Below, piece after piece: positions 1-9,900 of a stretch of DNA of 64,000 nt (its first letter is position 1; each line of letters starts with the position of its first letter). This DNA comes from Anaerolineales bacterium UBA2029 (GTDB taxonomy: Bacteria; Chloroflexota; Anaerolineae; Aggregatilineales; Aggregatilineaceae), in assembly GCA_002332795.1 (NCBI GenBank), contig DDBP01000111.1:10503-74502 (forward strand). Reading direction: 5' to 3'. The notes under the pieces are model-generated. The model was not told where the DNA came from, did not search any database, and saw nothing but the letters and a program-made list of their open reading frames with translations. A program made the translations under genes and the position numbers.

Positions 1-786
1 AGTCGTTATGCCTGCGTGCACTCCCACGCGCTTGTACATCAGTACGTCGGTGAAAGGCTCCCCAAGAACGCCGTCGTGAATGGCCCACGATCGCCCGGAA
101 ACGGAACGCCAGGCTTCAGGATGACGGAAGGGGGTCGAGCCATCCAGACGAGCGTGCAGGATGCCTCCCGGCTGAAACTCGCGGTGAATCCAGCGCATGC
201 GCTGAAGGCCGCGAGCGTAGGCGAAGCCGTAACGCTCGAAGGTGATCGCGTTGTGGTAGAAGAGCGGCTCGATGAGAAACAGTTCATGCCCCATCCGGCT
301 GACGAACTGTTCAAAGACGGGCAGGGCAGACCGGAACAGACGCAGGCCGCGCCGCGTCTGGCCGGGGGCCAGCCCTGCCTGCATGGCGCGGATTTCTTCG
401 GGGATGTTGCGGCTGCGGATACCCAGTTGTGTGTCCTGCCCTTCTTGGTCCACGTCAATATGGAATCGCGGCGAGTCGGGATCGCCGACTATCACCATCA
501 GCACCATCAGTTGCCCGTTGAACGTGTCGCCCATATGCAGGTAGATGGCAGGCTCCGACGCATCGGGCGCCGGGTATACCGAGATTTCGACCGAGCTACT
601 GCCGGGCGGATAGCGGTAGACGATCGCAGGCTGTCCGCCCAACGTGTCGTCCTGAGGATCAATGCCGAAGCGGAGATATACCCACTCCGGGATCAGGGTG
701 CGATAGATCGCGCGCTTCTGCTGAGGCGGCAGGTCGTTGATCTCGCGAATGGTGGATGGCCATTGCTGAGGAGCGCCGGGAATCAC
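1..786 (-). CDS. conserved hypothetical protein; its 3' end runs off the left edge, so it is absent from the ORF track
   Basis: My own minus-strand translation: GTG at 786, then VIPGAPQQWPSTIREINDLPPQQKRAIYRTLIPEWVYLRFGIDPQDD...FYHNAITFERYGFAYARGLQRMRWIHREF..., open through base 1. Composition is protein-like. It lies 14 nt downstream of smpB on the same strand. The listed + ORF 16..837 is its Arg/His-rich mirror. Confidence 0.6.
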   Translation of the reverse strand, partial: MIPGAPQQWPSTIREINDLPPQQKRAIYRTLIPEWVYLRFGIDPQDDTLGGQPAIVYRYPPGSSSVEISVYPAPDASEPAIYLHMGDTFNGQLMVLMVIVGDPDSPRFHIDVDQEGQDTQLGIRSRNIPEEIRAMQAGLAPGQTRRGLRLFRSALPVFEQFVSRMGHELFLIEPLFYHNAITFERYGFAYARGLQRMRWIHREFQPGGILHARLDGSTPFRHPEAWRSVSGRSWAIHDGVLGEPFTDVLMYKRVGVHAGITT

Positions 787-800
787 CGCGCCGAGTCCTC

Positions 801-1274
801 TCACTCTTCGCGTTTACGCAGCGTGCGCTTAATCTGAAGCTGCGCGTCTCGCTTGCGCATGGTTTCGCGCTTGTCGTATTGCTTCTTACCGCGTGCCAGC
901 GCGATCTCCAGCTTGGCCAGGCCGCGCGTCAGATACATCATGGTGGGGACGATAGTCAGCCCCTTTTCCTGTACGCGGGCAGCGATACGATCGATCTCCT
1001 TGCGATGCAGGAGCAGCTTACGCGGGCGCAGAGGGTCGTGCCCGAAGCGCCCGGCCTGATCGTAGGAGGCGATGTGCGCGTTGAGCAGCCACAGTTCGCC
1101 ATCGCGCGGCAATACATAGGCTTCGCGCAGGTTGACATGACCAGCGCGAATGGACTTGATCTCGGAGCCAGTGAGAGCGATCCCGGCTTCGAAAGTATCC
1201 AGCAGTTCATAGTCGTGACGCGCTTTGCGGTTAGTGGCGACTATTTTACGTCCTGTGTTCACGCTCTTGATCAC
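801..1274 (-). CDS. smpB: SsrA-binding protein SmpB
   Basis: 157 aa with a GTG start. Motifs: NRKARHDYELLDTFEAGIALTGSEIKSIR, LLLHRKEI, and a basic C-terminal tail KRETMRKRDAQLQIKRTLRKREE. Textbook SmpB. Confidence 0.97.
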   Translation of the reverse strand: MIKSVNTGRKIVATNRKARHDYELLDTFEAGIALTGSEIKSIRAGHVNLREAYVLPRDGELWLLNAHIASYDQAGRFGHDPLRPRKLLLHRKEIDRIAARVQEKGLTIVPTMMYLTRGLAKLEIALARGKKQYDKRETMRKRDAQLQIKRTLRKREE

Positions 1275-1280
1275 TCCTGT

Positions 1281-2495
1281 TTAGGGTGAGGCTGGTTCCT
1301 GCAGTTGAGCGGTGAGGTACTCCAGTGCCGCGGTGATGAAGGGGTCCTCTCCCTCATCCGACCCGGTAGTCTCTTCAACCACGATGTCGGGCGTCAGTCC
1401 CTGCCCCTGGATCGGTGTTTCGTTGGGAGTAAACCACAGGGCAACGGTCACGTGCACCTGGGAGCCGTCGGGTAGATCGTGCACATGTTGCACCGACCCC
1501 TTGCCAAAACTCGGCTGACCGATGAGCACAGCTCTGCCGCGATCCCGCAGCGCTCCGGCAACCACTTCGGAAGCGCTGGCGCTGGTGCTATCAATGAGTA
1601 CGGCCAGGGGCAGGGTTTCAGCAGGCTGGCCGGTCACGGAGCGGTAAACGGTGCTATGGCCGTTGCGATCGCGCTGAGTGACGACCACTCCCTCGTCCAG
1701 GAACAGGTCGCTGACGCTGACCGCCTGATCTAGCAGACCGCCCGGATTGCCGCGCAGGTCGAGTATCAGGGCTGCGATTCCCTGATCGAGCAGTGTGTCA
1801 ATTTCGTTGGACAGTAACTCTGTCGCCCGATCGTTAAAGCTGAACAGACGCACATAACCCACCTGATCGTAGGTGCTGGCGATGAGGGTGGGTAATTCGA
1901 CGCGCGCACGGGTGATCTCTACGCTGAAGCGGGACTCGTCGCGAGGACGATAGACGGTCAGAGTCACTTTGCTACCCACTTCGCCGCGCAGGCGCGCCAC
2001 GGAGTCTTCCAGCGTCCAGCCAGCGATAGACACACCATCTACTTCCAGGATGACATCCTGGACTTGCAACCCTGCTTCTTCGGCGGGATAGCCGGCAAAA
2101 AGCGCGGTGATGGTCAGCTGTCCCTCGGCATTCAGACCTACGTAAGCCCCGATCCCTCCAAATTCGCCGGCGATACGTTGCCGGTCGAAAGAAGCCTGAC
2201 GGGGTGGGGCGAAGAAGGTATACGGATCGCCCGCCTTGGCCAGCAACCCCTGGATCGCGCCATAAATCAATTCGCGCTCTTCGGGCAGATCGTAATAGAA
2301 CTCGCGCTCCAGAATGCTCCAACTCTGCCAGAAGATGTCGAAATTGCGCGTATCATGGGGCGAGTCTGTGCGCTCGGCGAACCAGACTCCCGCCAGAAAA
2401 GCCACCGCAGCAATCAGGACCGCGGCGAACATCAACCGTACGCGGTGCAGAGAACCAGGAGAGTTCGGGGCTAGATTGGAAGAGGACGACGTCAT
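1281..2495 (-). CDS. S41 family C-terminal processing peptidase (TM anchor, PDZ, S41 catalytic domain)
   Basis: Motifs: GGIGAYVGLNAEGQLTITALFAGYPAEEAGLQVQDVILEVDG (PDZ), LILDLRGNPGGLL, and SASASEVVAGALRDRGRAVLIGQPSFGKGSVQ (Ser/Lys dyad region). The ORF track extends to 2552. I prefer the ATG at 2495 (MTSSSS..., GGAG about 11 nt upstream), which removes the overlap with the upstream paralog. Confidence 0.9.
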   Translation of the reverse strand: MTSSSSNLAPNSPGSLHRVRLMFAAVLIAAVAFLAGVWFAERTDSPHDTRNFDIFWQSWSILEREFYYDLPEERELIYGAIQGLLAKAGDPYTFFAPPRQASFDRQRIAGEFGGIGAYVGLNAEGQLTITALFAGYPAEEAGLQVQDVILEVDGVSIAGWTLEDSVARLRGEVGSKVTLTVYRPRDESRFSVEITRARVELPTLIASTYDQVGYVRLFSFNDRATELLSNEIDTLLDQGIAALILDLRGNPGGLLDQAVSVSDLFLDEGVVVTQRDRNGHSTVYRSVTGQPAETLPLAVLIDSTSASASEVVAGALRDRGRAVLIGQPSFGKGSVQHVHDLPDGSQVHVTVALWFTPNETPIQGQGLTPDIVVEETTGSDEGEDPFITAALEYLTAQLQEPASP

Positions 2496-2523
2496 GGATT
2501 GATGTGCTCCGTTTTCGATGCAG

Positions 2524-3744
2524 TCAATTGGCAGCATGAGAAGCGGACTCAAGTTGAGCGCTCAGGTAGCGGATGGCTTCGCCAAGCTCAACGTCGCGCC
2601 CGTCTTCTGCCGGGATCATGGCAATATCCGGCTGCAGACCTTGCCCATCCAACGCTACATGCGCCGGAGTAAACCACTCGGCGCTGGTGATGTGGATCGA
2701 AGAGTCGTCGGAAAGGCGGAAGATGAGTTGGACGGAACCTTTGCCATAGGTCTTCTGACCGATCAAAATCCCTCGTCCGCGATCTCTGATAGCGCCAGCG
2801 ACCAGTTCTGCCGCGCTGGCTGTACCCTGGTCAACCAGTACCGCCAGAGGCTGACTGACGGCTGCTCCGCCGGGCGTCGCCAGGGTTTCCTTTTCGCCCT
2901 GGCGTGTGCGCTCGTAGAAGACCACGCCGCCATCCAGGAATTCCGACGCGACGGCCACTGACTCTTCAAGCAGCCCTCCAGAATTTCCGCGCAGATCGAG
3001 GATCAGCGCCTGGACGTTTTGTGAGGACAGTTCGGTCAGGGCTGTGCGCAGTTCGTCGGGGGTGCGGGCGGTGAAGCGCAGGAGCTGAACATATCCCAGG
3101 GAAGGTGCTTCGGGCACGACATGCCAGATGACCGAGGGCACCATGACCTCTTCGAACGCGATAAAGTACTCGCGCGCGTCGGCCTGATCGGGCTGACGGA
3201 CGGTGATAGTCACCCCCCGCCCTTCGCCTACCTCTCCGCGCAGCAGCCGGTCAATGACATCCAGACGCTCGTCGGGGGCCAGCGAGACGCCGTTGACGGT
3301 CAGCAACAGATCGCCATCAAGGACTCCGGCGCGAGCGGCTGGCCCATCACGGAACGGAAACAGCACCACCTCCCCGCGCTCGTTGCGCCGCACCTGGACG
3401 CCAATGCCTCCGTACCTGCCCGCCAGCACTTCCGATTCGTTCTGGGCCACGGGCGGGTCAATGAAAAAAGTGAAGGGGTCGTTGAGCGCTCCCAGGTAGC
3501 CACGAATGGCCGCGTATTCCATCTCTTTAGCCGGAGGCAGATCGCGCAGGTAATGCTCCTGGAGCAACTGTTCTACTTCGGTCAGCAGCGCAAAGCGCGT
3601 CGGCGTTGGCTCGCGCGCTGGTTCAACCAGACGATCGCGAACGATGAATCCCGCGAAGAAGGTCAGGCCGAAGGCAAAGCCGAGTAGTGTCCCTCGCGCA
3701 AGCGCGGTCGCCAGCCGGCGGCGGAATGACAGGGGGCGTTTCAT
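2524..3744 (-). CDS. S41 family C-terminal processing peptidase, tandem paralog
   Basis: Motifs: GRYGGIGVQVRRNERGEVVLFPFRDGPAARAGVLDGDLLLTVNG (PDZ), LILDLRGNSGGLL, and TASAAELVAGAIRDRGRGILIGQKTYGKGSVQ. The track start is 3777. The ATG at 3744 (MKRPLSF...) has AAGGA 8 nt upstream. Confidence 0.9.
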   Translation of the reverse strand: MKRPLSFRRRLATALARGTLLGFAFGLTFFAGFIVRDRLVEPAREPTPTRFALLTEVEQLLQEHYLRDLPPAKEMEYAAIRGYLGALNDPFTFFIDPPVAQNESEVLAGRYGGIGVQVRRNERGEVVLFPFRDGPAARAGVLDGDLLLTVNGVSLAPDERLDVIDRLLRGEVGEGRGVTITVRQPDQADAREYFIAFEEVMVPSVIWHVVPEAPSLGYVQLLRFTARTPDELRTALTELSSQNVQALILDLRGNSGGLLEESVAVASEFLDGGVVFYERTRQGEKETLATPGGAAVSQPLAVLVDQGTASAAELVAGAIRDRGRGILIGQKTYGKGSVQLIFRLSDDSSIHITSAEWFTPAHVALDGQGLQPDIAMIPAEDGRDVELGEAIRYLSAQLESASHAAN

Positions 3745-3878
3745 GACCGGAATCCTTAGTGTGCGCAACACCGACATTCTAACATAGTCTGCGGGAGTGT
3801 CTATGGCTCAGGCTTCCCCGAATGGCAGACTACCGTTATCATACGAGGTGAGATGAGTCTGGGTGAGAGGGTACTACC

Positions 3879-5543
3879 ATGCACAGGCGCAGGCCCCTGG
3901 TACTGGTGGCTGATGATGAGCAGAACGCGATCTTGCTGTTGCATCGCGTGCTGGAGCGCGAAGGCTTCGATGTGGAAAGCGCGCGCGACGGACTGTCTAC
4001 GCTGGCCAAGGCGCGCGAATTGAAGCCTGATCTGATTTTGTTGGATGTGCAGATGCCCCATCTCAACGGCTTTGAGGTCACAGCCCGCTTGCGGGAAGAC
4101 CCGGAGACTGCCCGGATTCCCGTAATTTTCGTCACCGCGGCTGCACGCGAAGCAGCAGACGTGGCTCACGGGTTGCAGCTGGGGGCCGATGACTATATCC
4201 GCAAGCCCTACGACTATCATGAACTGGTAGCGCGGGCGATCAGCAAGATGCGCGCTCGTCAGCTAGAGGACCGCCTGCAGCGCCGTAACGCCGAACTGGA
4301 AGCCCTGGTGCGCATCGGGGCGGAATTCAACCAGCAACTGGCGCTCCCCGATCTGGCCAACCGTATCGTGGCGATCGCCAGAGACGAGTTCGGTGCACAC
4401 CAGGTCGAGCTTTACCTGTTCGACGAGCAACAACAGCCGCTTCTCTGTCGCGATCTGCGGCACGGACTGCTGTCTGAAGAAGAAGTGCGCGCCGTGCTGG
4501 ATGGAGAAGACACCGTAGCAGGCTACGTCTACCGTACCGGTGCGCCTGTGCTCGTCGCCGACGTTTCGACTGCGGGGCAGTTTGGGCACCTGCAACGCCA
4601 GGGGTATCACTCCGCTATTGCGGCCCCCTTGCTACATCATGGGCGGCTGGTAGGCATCCTGGTAGTGGCGCACGCCGAACCGGAGGCGTACGGCGAGAGC
4701 AAGCTGCGCATGTTGCGTTCGGTTGGGGAACAGGCGGCCCTGGCGGTGCGCAATGCTCAACTCCACGCGGCATTGCATGCCTACGCCCAAAATCTGGAGG
4801 CCATGGTTGACGAGCGCACTCGTGAGCTACGCGCTGCACAGGCACAACTGATCCAGTCGGAGAAGCTGGCTGCGTTGGGGCGGCTGGCGGCTGGAATCGC
4901 CCATGAGGTCAACAATCCTCTGCAGCCAATCCTCAACTGCCTGGAAGTTGCTATCGAAGACATCGAGAACGGGCAACCCGTAGATGCCCAGGGACTGCGC
5001 GTGGCCGAGCAGGAAGTTCAGCGCATTAAGGGCATCGTGTCGCGGCTGCTCGACTTTGCTCGTCCGACTACGGGCGAAATCATGCGCATAGACTTGAGAG
5101 AGCTGGTTGAGGAGGTGACACTGTTCACGCAGCGGCAGATGGAACGCATGCAGGTGAGAGTCACCAAGAGACTTGAGCCAGTGCCTCCCATCCTGGGCAC
5201 ACCGGCGCAACTCAAACAGGTCTTGCTCAATCTGGTGCTCAATGCCGCCGAATCCATGCCCGGCGGCGGCGACATGACTGTCGAGCTGTACCAGGATGGA
5301 CAAGGCGTGGTGCTGGCTGTCGCGGACACGGGGACGGGTATTGCGCCCGAAGCGCTCGACCGCATCTTTGAGCCGTTTTTCTCTACCAAGAGCGATGGCA
5401 CGGGGCTGGGACTGTCTGTCACCTACGGGATTGTGCAGGGACACGGCGGCACAATCACCGTAGAGAGCGAAGTAGGAAAGGGCAGCCGTTTCGTCGTGTG
5501 GCTGCCCACTGAAAGTGCGAGTACCACTCAGGTCAACGACTGA
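3879..5543 (+). CDS. hybrid signal-transduction protein: N-terminal receiver (REC), GAF, HisKA, HATPase_c
   Basis: REC: LVLVADDEQNAILLL...PDLILLDVQMPHLNGFEV...FVTAAA...DDYIRKPYD. Central GAF-like region. HisKA H-box: SEKLAALGRLAAGIAHEVNNPLQ. ATPase N/G boxes: LLNLVLNAAESM, DTGTGI, GTGLGLS. Confidence 0.9.
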   Translation: MHRRRPLVLVADDEQNAILLLHRVLEREGFDVESARDGLSTLAKARELKPDLILLDVQMPHLNGFEVTARLREDPETARIPVIFVTAAAREAADVAHGLQLGADDYIRKPYDYHELVARAISKMRARQLEDRLQRRNAELEALVRIGAEFNQQLALPDLANRIVAIARDEFGAHQVELYLFDEQQQPLLCRDLRHGLLSEEEVRAVLDGEDTVAGYVYRTGAPVLVADVSTAGQFGHLQRQGYHSAIAAPLLHHGRLVGILVVAHAEPEAYGESKLRMLRSVGEQAALAVRNAQLHAALHAYAQNLEAMVDERTRELRAAQAQLIQSEKLAALGRLAAGIAHEVNNPLQPILNCLEVAIEDIENGQPVDAQGLRVAEQEVQRIKGIVSRLLDFARPTTGEIMRIDLRELVEEVTLFTQRQMERMQVRVTKRLEPVPPILGTPAQLKQVLLNLVLNAAESMPGGGDMTVELYQDGQGVVLAVADTGTGIAPEALDRIFEPFFSTKSDGTGLGLSVTYGIVQGHGGTITVESEVGKGSRFVVWLPTESASTTQVND

Positions 5544-5544
5544 G

Positions 5545-6729
5545 TCAGGAGACTGACCAGAGGGCCTGGAAACTGGCCAGCGCTCTCTCGCCGGTGCCCA
5601 GGTCACCGTTCAGGTAGCGCTGAGCGGCCTCCAACGGAACCTGGGCGCGGTATAGGGTATCGTGTTTTTCGGACTGGCAACGATTGACAGATACCCCGAC
5701 GGCATCTACCTGTCCGCTCGCTGCCCCACTGTGTTGTGCTGCCAACTCCATGCCCCGAAAGACCGCCTGCGGCAGTCCGGATGGAGACGACAGACAGAAT
5801 TCCACGTAAAGGGTCTTCCCTAAGGAGCTGGGGGCAACGATGGCGCGGTACTCCTGGCCCAGGCCCTGCATGCTCAACTGATCGTTCAGGTCTTTGAGGA
5901 CGCCTGCCAGCGTCACGTCTTCGATGGCAAGCGGAGCAAGCGGGCCAGGGTCTTGTGAAGGCGCTTCTTCTTGCTCCATCAGGCGGAAGGCGAGTACCAC
6001 CACACCCGCCAGGGCGATGATCATCGCCAGCACCCAGAACAACAGGCCAGGACGGCGCGCGCGTCGCGGGGCTGCCGGTGCTTGCTCCCGTTCGGCCTCT
6101 TCCTCTTCGAGCTTGAGCAAGGCATCCAGGTCTACCTGTTCGGCGTCAATGGCTCTGATCAAATCAGCGGTATCGAAATCTTCTTGCTGAAATTGATCGG
6201 ATAGCAGGTCTTCTTCCAGACGAGCGAAAGGATCGTCTTCGCCGGCCTCGATCTGGGCAGGCATTTCGGCTTCGGTTTCGTCGAGGATGAGAGCTTCGAG
6301 AGGCTCTGGCGCGAACAGTGGCTTTTCCGGCGTCTCATAGTCTGGGAAGGCAGCGCTGCGAGCTTCAGGAGGAGCAAAGGTGCCCTCCAGTTCGGCCCAA
6401 TCTTCAACCTCTACCTGGCCAGCGAAGGTATCATCTTCAGCCAGCGCGAATGCCTCAGGCTCTGCCGTAGCGGCTATCCGTTCGTCCAGGGCCGCCAGTA
6501 ATTCGCGAGCCTTGTCGGCATTGGGGTAATCGGGGTCAAGAGTCAGGACGCGGGTGAGCGCATGGCGGATTTCTTGTGGGTCAGTTACGGCGTGGGCGAG
6601 GAGCCACCAGGCATGGACGTTGTCCTGCTCTCTCTCCAGCAGCGGTCGCAGTATCTGTTGCGCCTCCTGTGTGCGATCGTGCCGGATATAGCGATAAGCG
6701 CGCCGTAACTGTTCGCGTGTGTCGTCCAT
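5545..6729 (-). CDS. hypothetical single-pass membrane protein: TPR-like N-terminus, long poly-acidic linker, TM helix, about 130-aa C-terminal domain
   Basis: The ATG has GGAGGA 8 nt upstream. N-terminus AYRYIRHDRTQEAQQILRPLLEREQDNVHAWWLLAHA...LTLDPDYPNADKARELL is TPR-like. Asp/Glu-rich residues run about 95-210. TM helix: LLFWVLAMIIALAGVVVLAF. I recognise no family for the C-terminal part. Confidence 0.65.
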   Translation of the reverse strand: MDDTREQLRRAYRYIRHDRTQEAQQILRPLLEREQDNVHAWWLLAHAVTDPQEIRHALTRVLTLDPDYPNADKARELLAALDERIAATAEPEAFALAEDDTFAGQVEVEDWAELEGTFAPPEARSAAFPDYETPEKPLFAPEPLEALILDETEAEMPAQIEAGEDDPFARLEEDLLSDQFQQEDFDTADLIRAIDAEQVDLDALLKLEEEEAEREQAPAAPRRARRPGLLFWVLAMIIALAGVVVLAFRLMEQEEAPSQDPGPLAPLAIEDVTLAGVLKDLNDQLSMQGLGQEYRAIVAPSSLGKTLYVEFCLSSPSGLPQAVFRGMELAAQHSGAASGQVDAVGVSVNRCQSEKHDTLYRAQVPLEAAQRYLNGDLGTGERALASFQALWSVS

Positions 6730-6772
6730 CGTCAGTTTCCTCCATGCGCTGCGAGCGCCCCTTCTGTGTGGG

Positions 6773-6800
6773 ATTATAGTCGGCCTTGTCCGGCGTGCAA
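6773..6800 (-). promoter_or_regulatory. sigma70-like promoter for the 5545..6729 gene (TTGCAC-16-TATAAT)
   Basis: The minus strand reads ccTTGCACgccggacaaggccgacTATAATcc. The -10 lies 44 nt upstream of the ATG. Confidence 0.45.
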
Positions 6801-6939
6801 GGTGAGTAACAGGCTGGCGACGAGTAAGATTTCCGGCTCGGCAGGAAGGTGGTCTATAATCGGCCAGTGTGAGGAGTGGCGGGACACCTAAGCTAGCGGA
6901 TCACATCAGAGCAGAACGGCGATTGAACACAGGCGGGTT

Positions 6940-9900
6940 ATGATGAGGCGCGTGTATCTCTGGCAGGGCGTTCTGTTGCTGGGCCTCTCAGCCCTGTTGA
7001 TGATGATCATGGGAAGGCTGTGGCTGCCGGCGGCGGCGCAAGACAACCGCCTGACAGACGGTGTCACTGTCAGGGGACGGATCGACACGCCGGATTCCGA
7101 AGAGCGGTGGAGTTTCGAGGCCATCGCCGGAGATGTGGTGGCACTGAGCGTCGAGCCGCAGACCGACGGCTTTGTCCCCTGGTTGACAGTCACCGATCCG
7201 CAGGGGCGACTGCTCATGACGGTTTCCTATCCCTCCTCTCAGCAGGGTGAATTTCGTTTCACGCTGGGAATCAGCCAATCCGGTCTACACGTCGTGCGGG
7301 TACGAAGTGACATGCAGACCACAGGGGAATACACGCTTGGTCTCACTGTGATCGAACCAGGCCAGGCGGGGACGGTCCAGAGTTCACCAGCGCCGATCCC
7401 GCTGACCATGGGGACCTCTGTGCGCGGTCGCCTGACCCGTGCTACGCCGTTGATGCGCTACGCGCTGGAGACGCAGGGGGGAAATATCGCTCTCGTGGTG
7501 CAGGTATCCGAACCAGCGCAAGGCTTGATGCTCGACTTCTATAGTGCCGAAGGTGCCCTTCTGGATCGCGTCATCGGCTTTGGTGATTTCGCCCGCAGCG
7601 TGCTCGCTCCGTCCGGAGGTGGGGTGCGCGTTGAGGTGCAGCCATGGGGTGGGCTGGTAGCTGACAGCGTCGCTTTCGAAGTCAGCGCGGTTGCTCTGCC
7701 TGCAGGCAGGGCAGCCCCTGGCCGTATCGTGTACGGTGAGGCAAGACAAGTTGGGGCAGGGGCAAGGTCCCTGTGGTATGTGATGGCGGAAGCGGGCGAT
7801 ATTGTTATGTTACAGCTTTCGTCTCAGGTGCCCGCGCCGCAGGGTACCCTACAGATTGTGGCCCCGGACGGAACGGCTGTGCTGGTGCGGACAGTGGAGC
7901 AGAGGTTGCGCCAGTCACTGGTGCTGCAGCAGAGCGGACCGTACCTGATCCTTCTGGAGGGCGGGCTGGCCGAAAGCGGCTATGGCCTCCAGGTTGACCT
8001 GCTGGGCAAACGGTGGCGTGCCTTTGCCCAGCACTTTCCGGAACAAAATGCTCGCCTCTTACCGGCAGGGGAAGTAGTGGCCGAGCTTACAGCGGGTTTC
8101 GCTGACGTGTGGTTGCTAGACAATCCTGAACCAGTGCCCTGGCGTTTCATCCTCAGCCGGCAATCGGGCACGTCTGAACTGGTCATGCAAATAGAAGCGC
8201 CCGATGGAGAAGTCATCAGTACGGGTGTGACAGAGGGGGAACTACAGGAAAGTTCTCTGTATCCGCGTCTATCGCAAGGTGGCCGCTATCGCATACGGGT
8301 ATTTGCTCTGGATGGGCAGGGGGCTTCCTACCGTCTGCGCGCTGTTCCTGCGAGTGGAGGGGTGCTCGAATCGGGGCAGCGCTTCAAAGGTGTCCTCAGC
8401 GAGAGCGACATAGCCCATAACTGGTGGATCGAAGCACCAGCCGCTGCTGTTCTCACCCTTGATCTGGAAAGCGCAGTCGGCAGCGCAGCACCGACGGTGA
8501 CCGTGCTCGATCCCGACGGCCTGTTGCTGGCATCCAGTGCTCAGGGCGACGAGTTGACGGGCCTGCTCCTGCGTGAAGGGGGACGGTATCGGGTGCTGGT
8601 GACCGGATCGGGCGCGGTGTCTCGCCAGGTGTACTATCTGAAAGCTGAACTGAGCGATGCAAGCGCTATGTCTGGCTCTCAGAGCGTGCCGGTGCCCCTT
8701 CCTCAGCAGCGAGCAGCCGTGCAGCGCGTGTCAATCCCCGCTCTGATCGTCCCCGCCTGGCAGACTGACGACCTCGCACAACCTGTGTCCTCTCTGGCGC
8801 TGGGCGTGCCGGTGCGCGGAGAGATCGCGCTGGGGCACACTGCGCAATCCTGGGGATTGTCTGTGCAAGCCGGGCAGACGCTTATTTTCACGGCGATGCC
8901 AGTTGAAGCCGACAGTCCGATCGCCGTGGCGGTGCTCGATCCAACAGGAAAAGTAGTAGCCGAGGCGTATGAGGCAGGCGGCAGGCCCGCAGCGCTGACG
9001 TATTCTTTTCTGACTGCTGGGGAATATCGAGTCACTGTCGGCATGAGAAGCGCGCGGCGCTATGTGCTGTGGGCAGAGACAGTGGACAACTTTGATCCCA
9101 GAGCGACCCAGGTGGTCCAGGGTACATTGCTGACGCCGGGAGAAACCGCGAGGGCTACCCTGAGGCCGGAAATGCTCCGGCAGACGTTTGTCTTTTGGGG
9201 ACAGGAGGGCGACACCGTCTTCGGCAGCGTATCTGGCGAGAAGGAGATTCCTCTGGCGGTCAGCTTTCTGGATGTTACGGGACAGCCCGTGCCGCGCGAC
9301 GACGACCTAACGGATGTGCCTTCGGGAGACATTCAGTTTGCGTGGGGGACTCTGCCAGCGAACGGCGTATACCAGTTGGTCGTTGCCGCGGACAGCGATA
9401 GCCTATCCTCTCTACCCCTGTCGTTCGACGTTCACCTGAACGTCGTTTCCAGTGCCCAGGTACGAATGTCTTCGGGTGGGATACTGGAAGGGCCGGCGAC
9501 AGGGACTCTGGTGCCCGATCGGGCTGCTCACTGGCTGTTTGAGGGAACGGCTGGACAGCGCGTGCGTGCTACGGTCACGCTTCTGGGCGACAGCGAAGGC
9601 GGAGTGGCCATCCTCAGCCTGGCGGACAGCGCTGGGGTAGTCTTTGCGCAGCGGCGCGCTTACTTGGGGCAACGCGAGCTGGTTCTGGATAACGTAACGT
9701 TACCGCACACAGGCGTCTATCAGGCAATCGTGGAGGGAAGCGGGCGCTATTCCCTGAAGGTCGAAGGGCAGGGAGCACAGCAACAGGCTTCCAGTGCTGC
9801 GCTTGACTACGGTTCCACGGCTGCTGGAGTGCTGACGCCAGCGGACACGCTCGATGCCTGGACGTGGAGCGGCTCGCGGGGAGACGTCGTCAGGGTAAGC

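Noticed and set aside
775-1290. A tmRNA (ssrA) gene next to smpB.
   Set aside because: smpB is packed between coding genes with gaps of 6 and 14 nt. There is no room for an RNA of about 350 nt, and no tRNA-Ala-like acceptor/T-arm is seen nearby.
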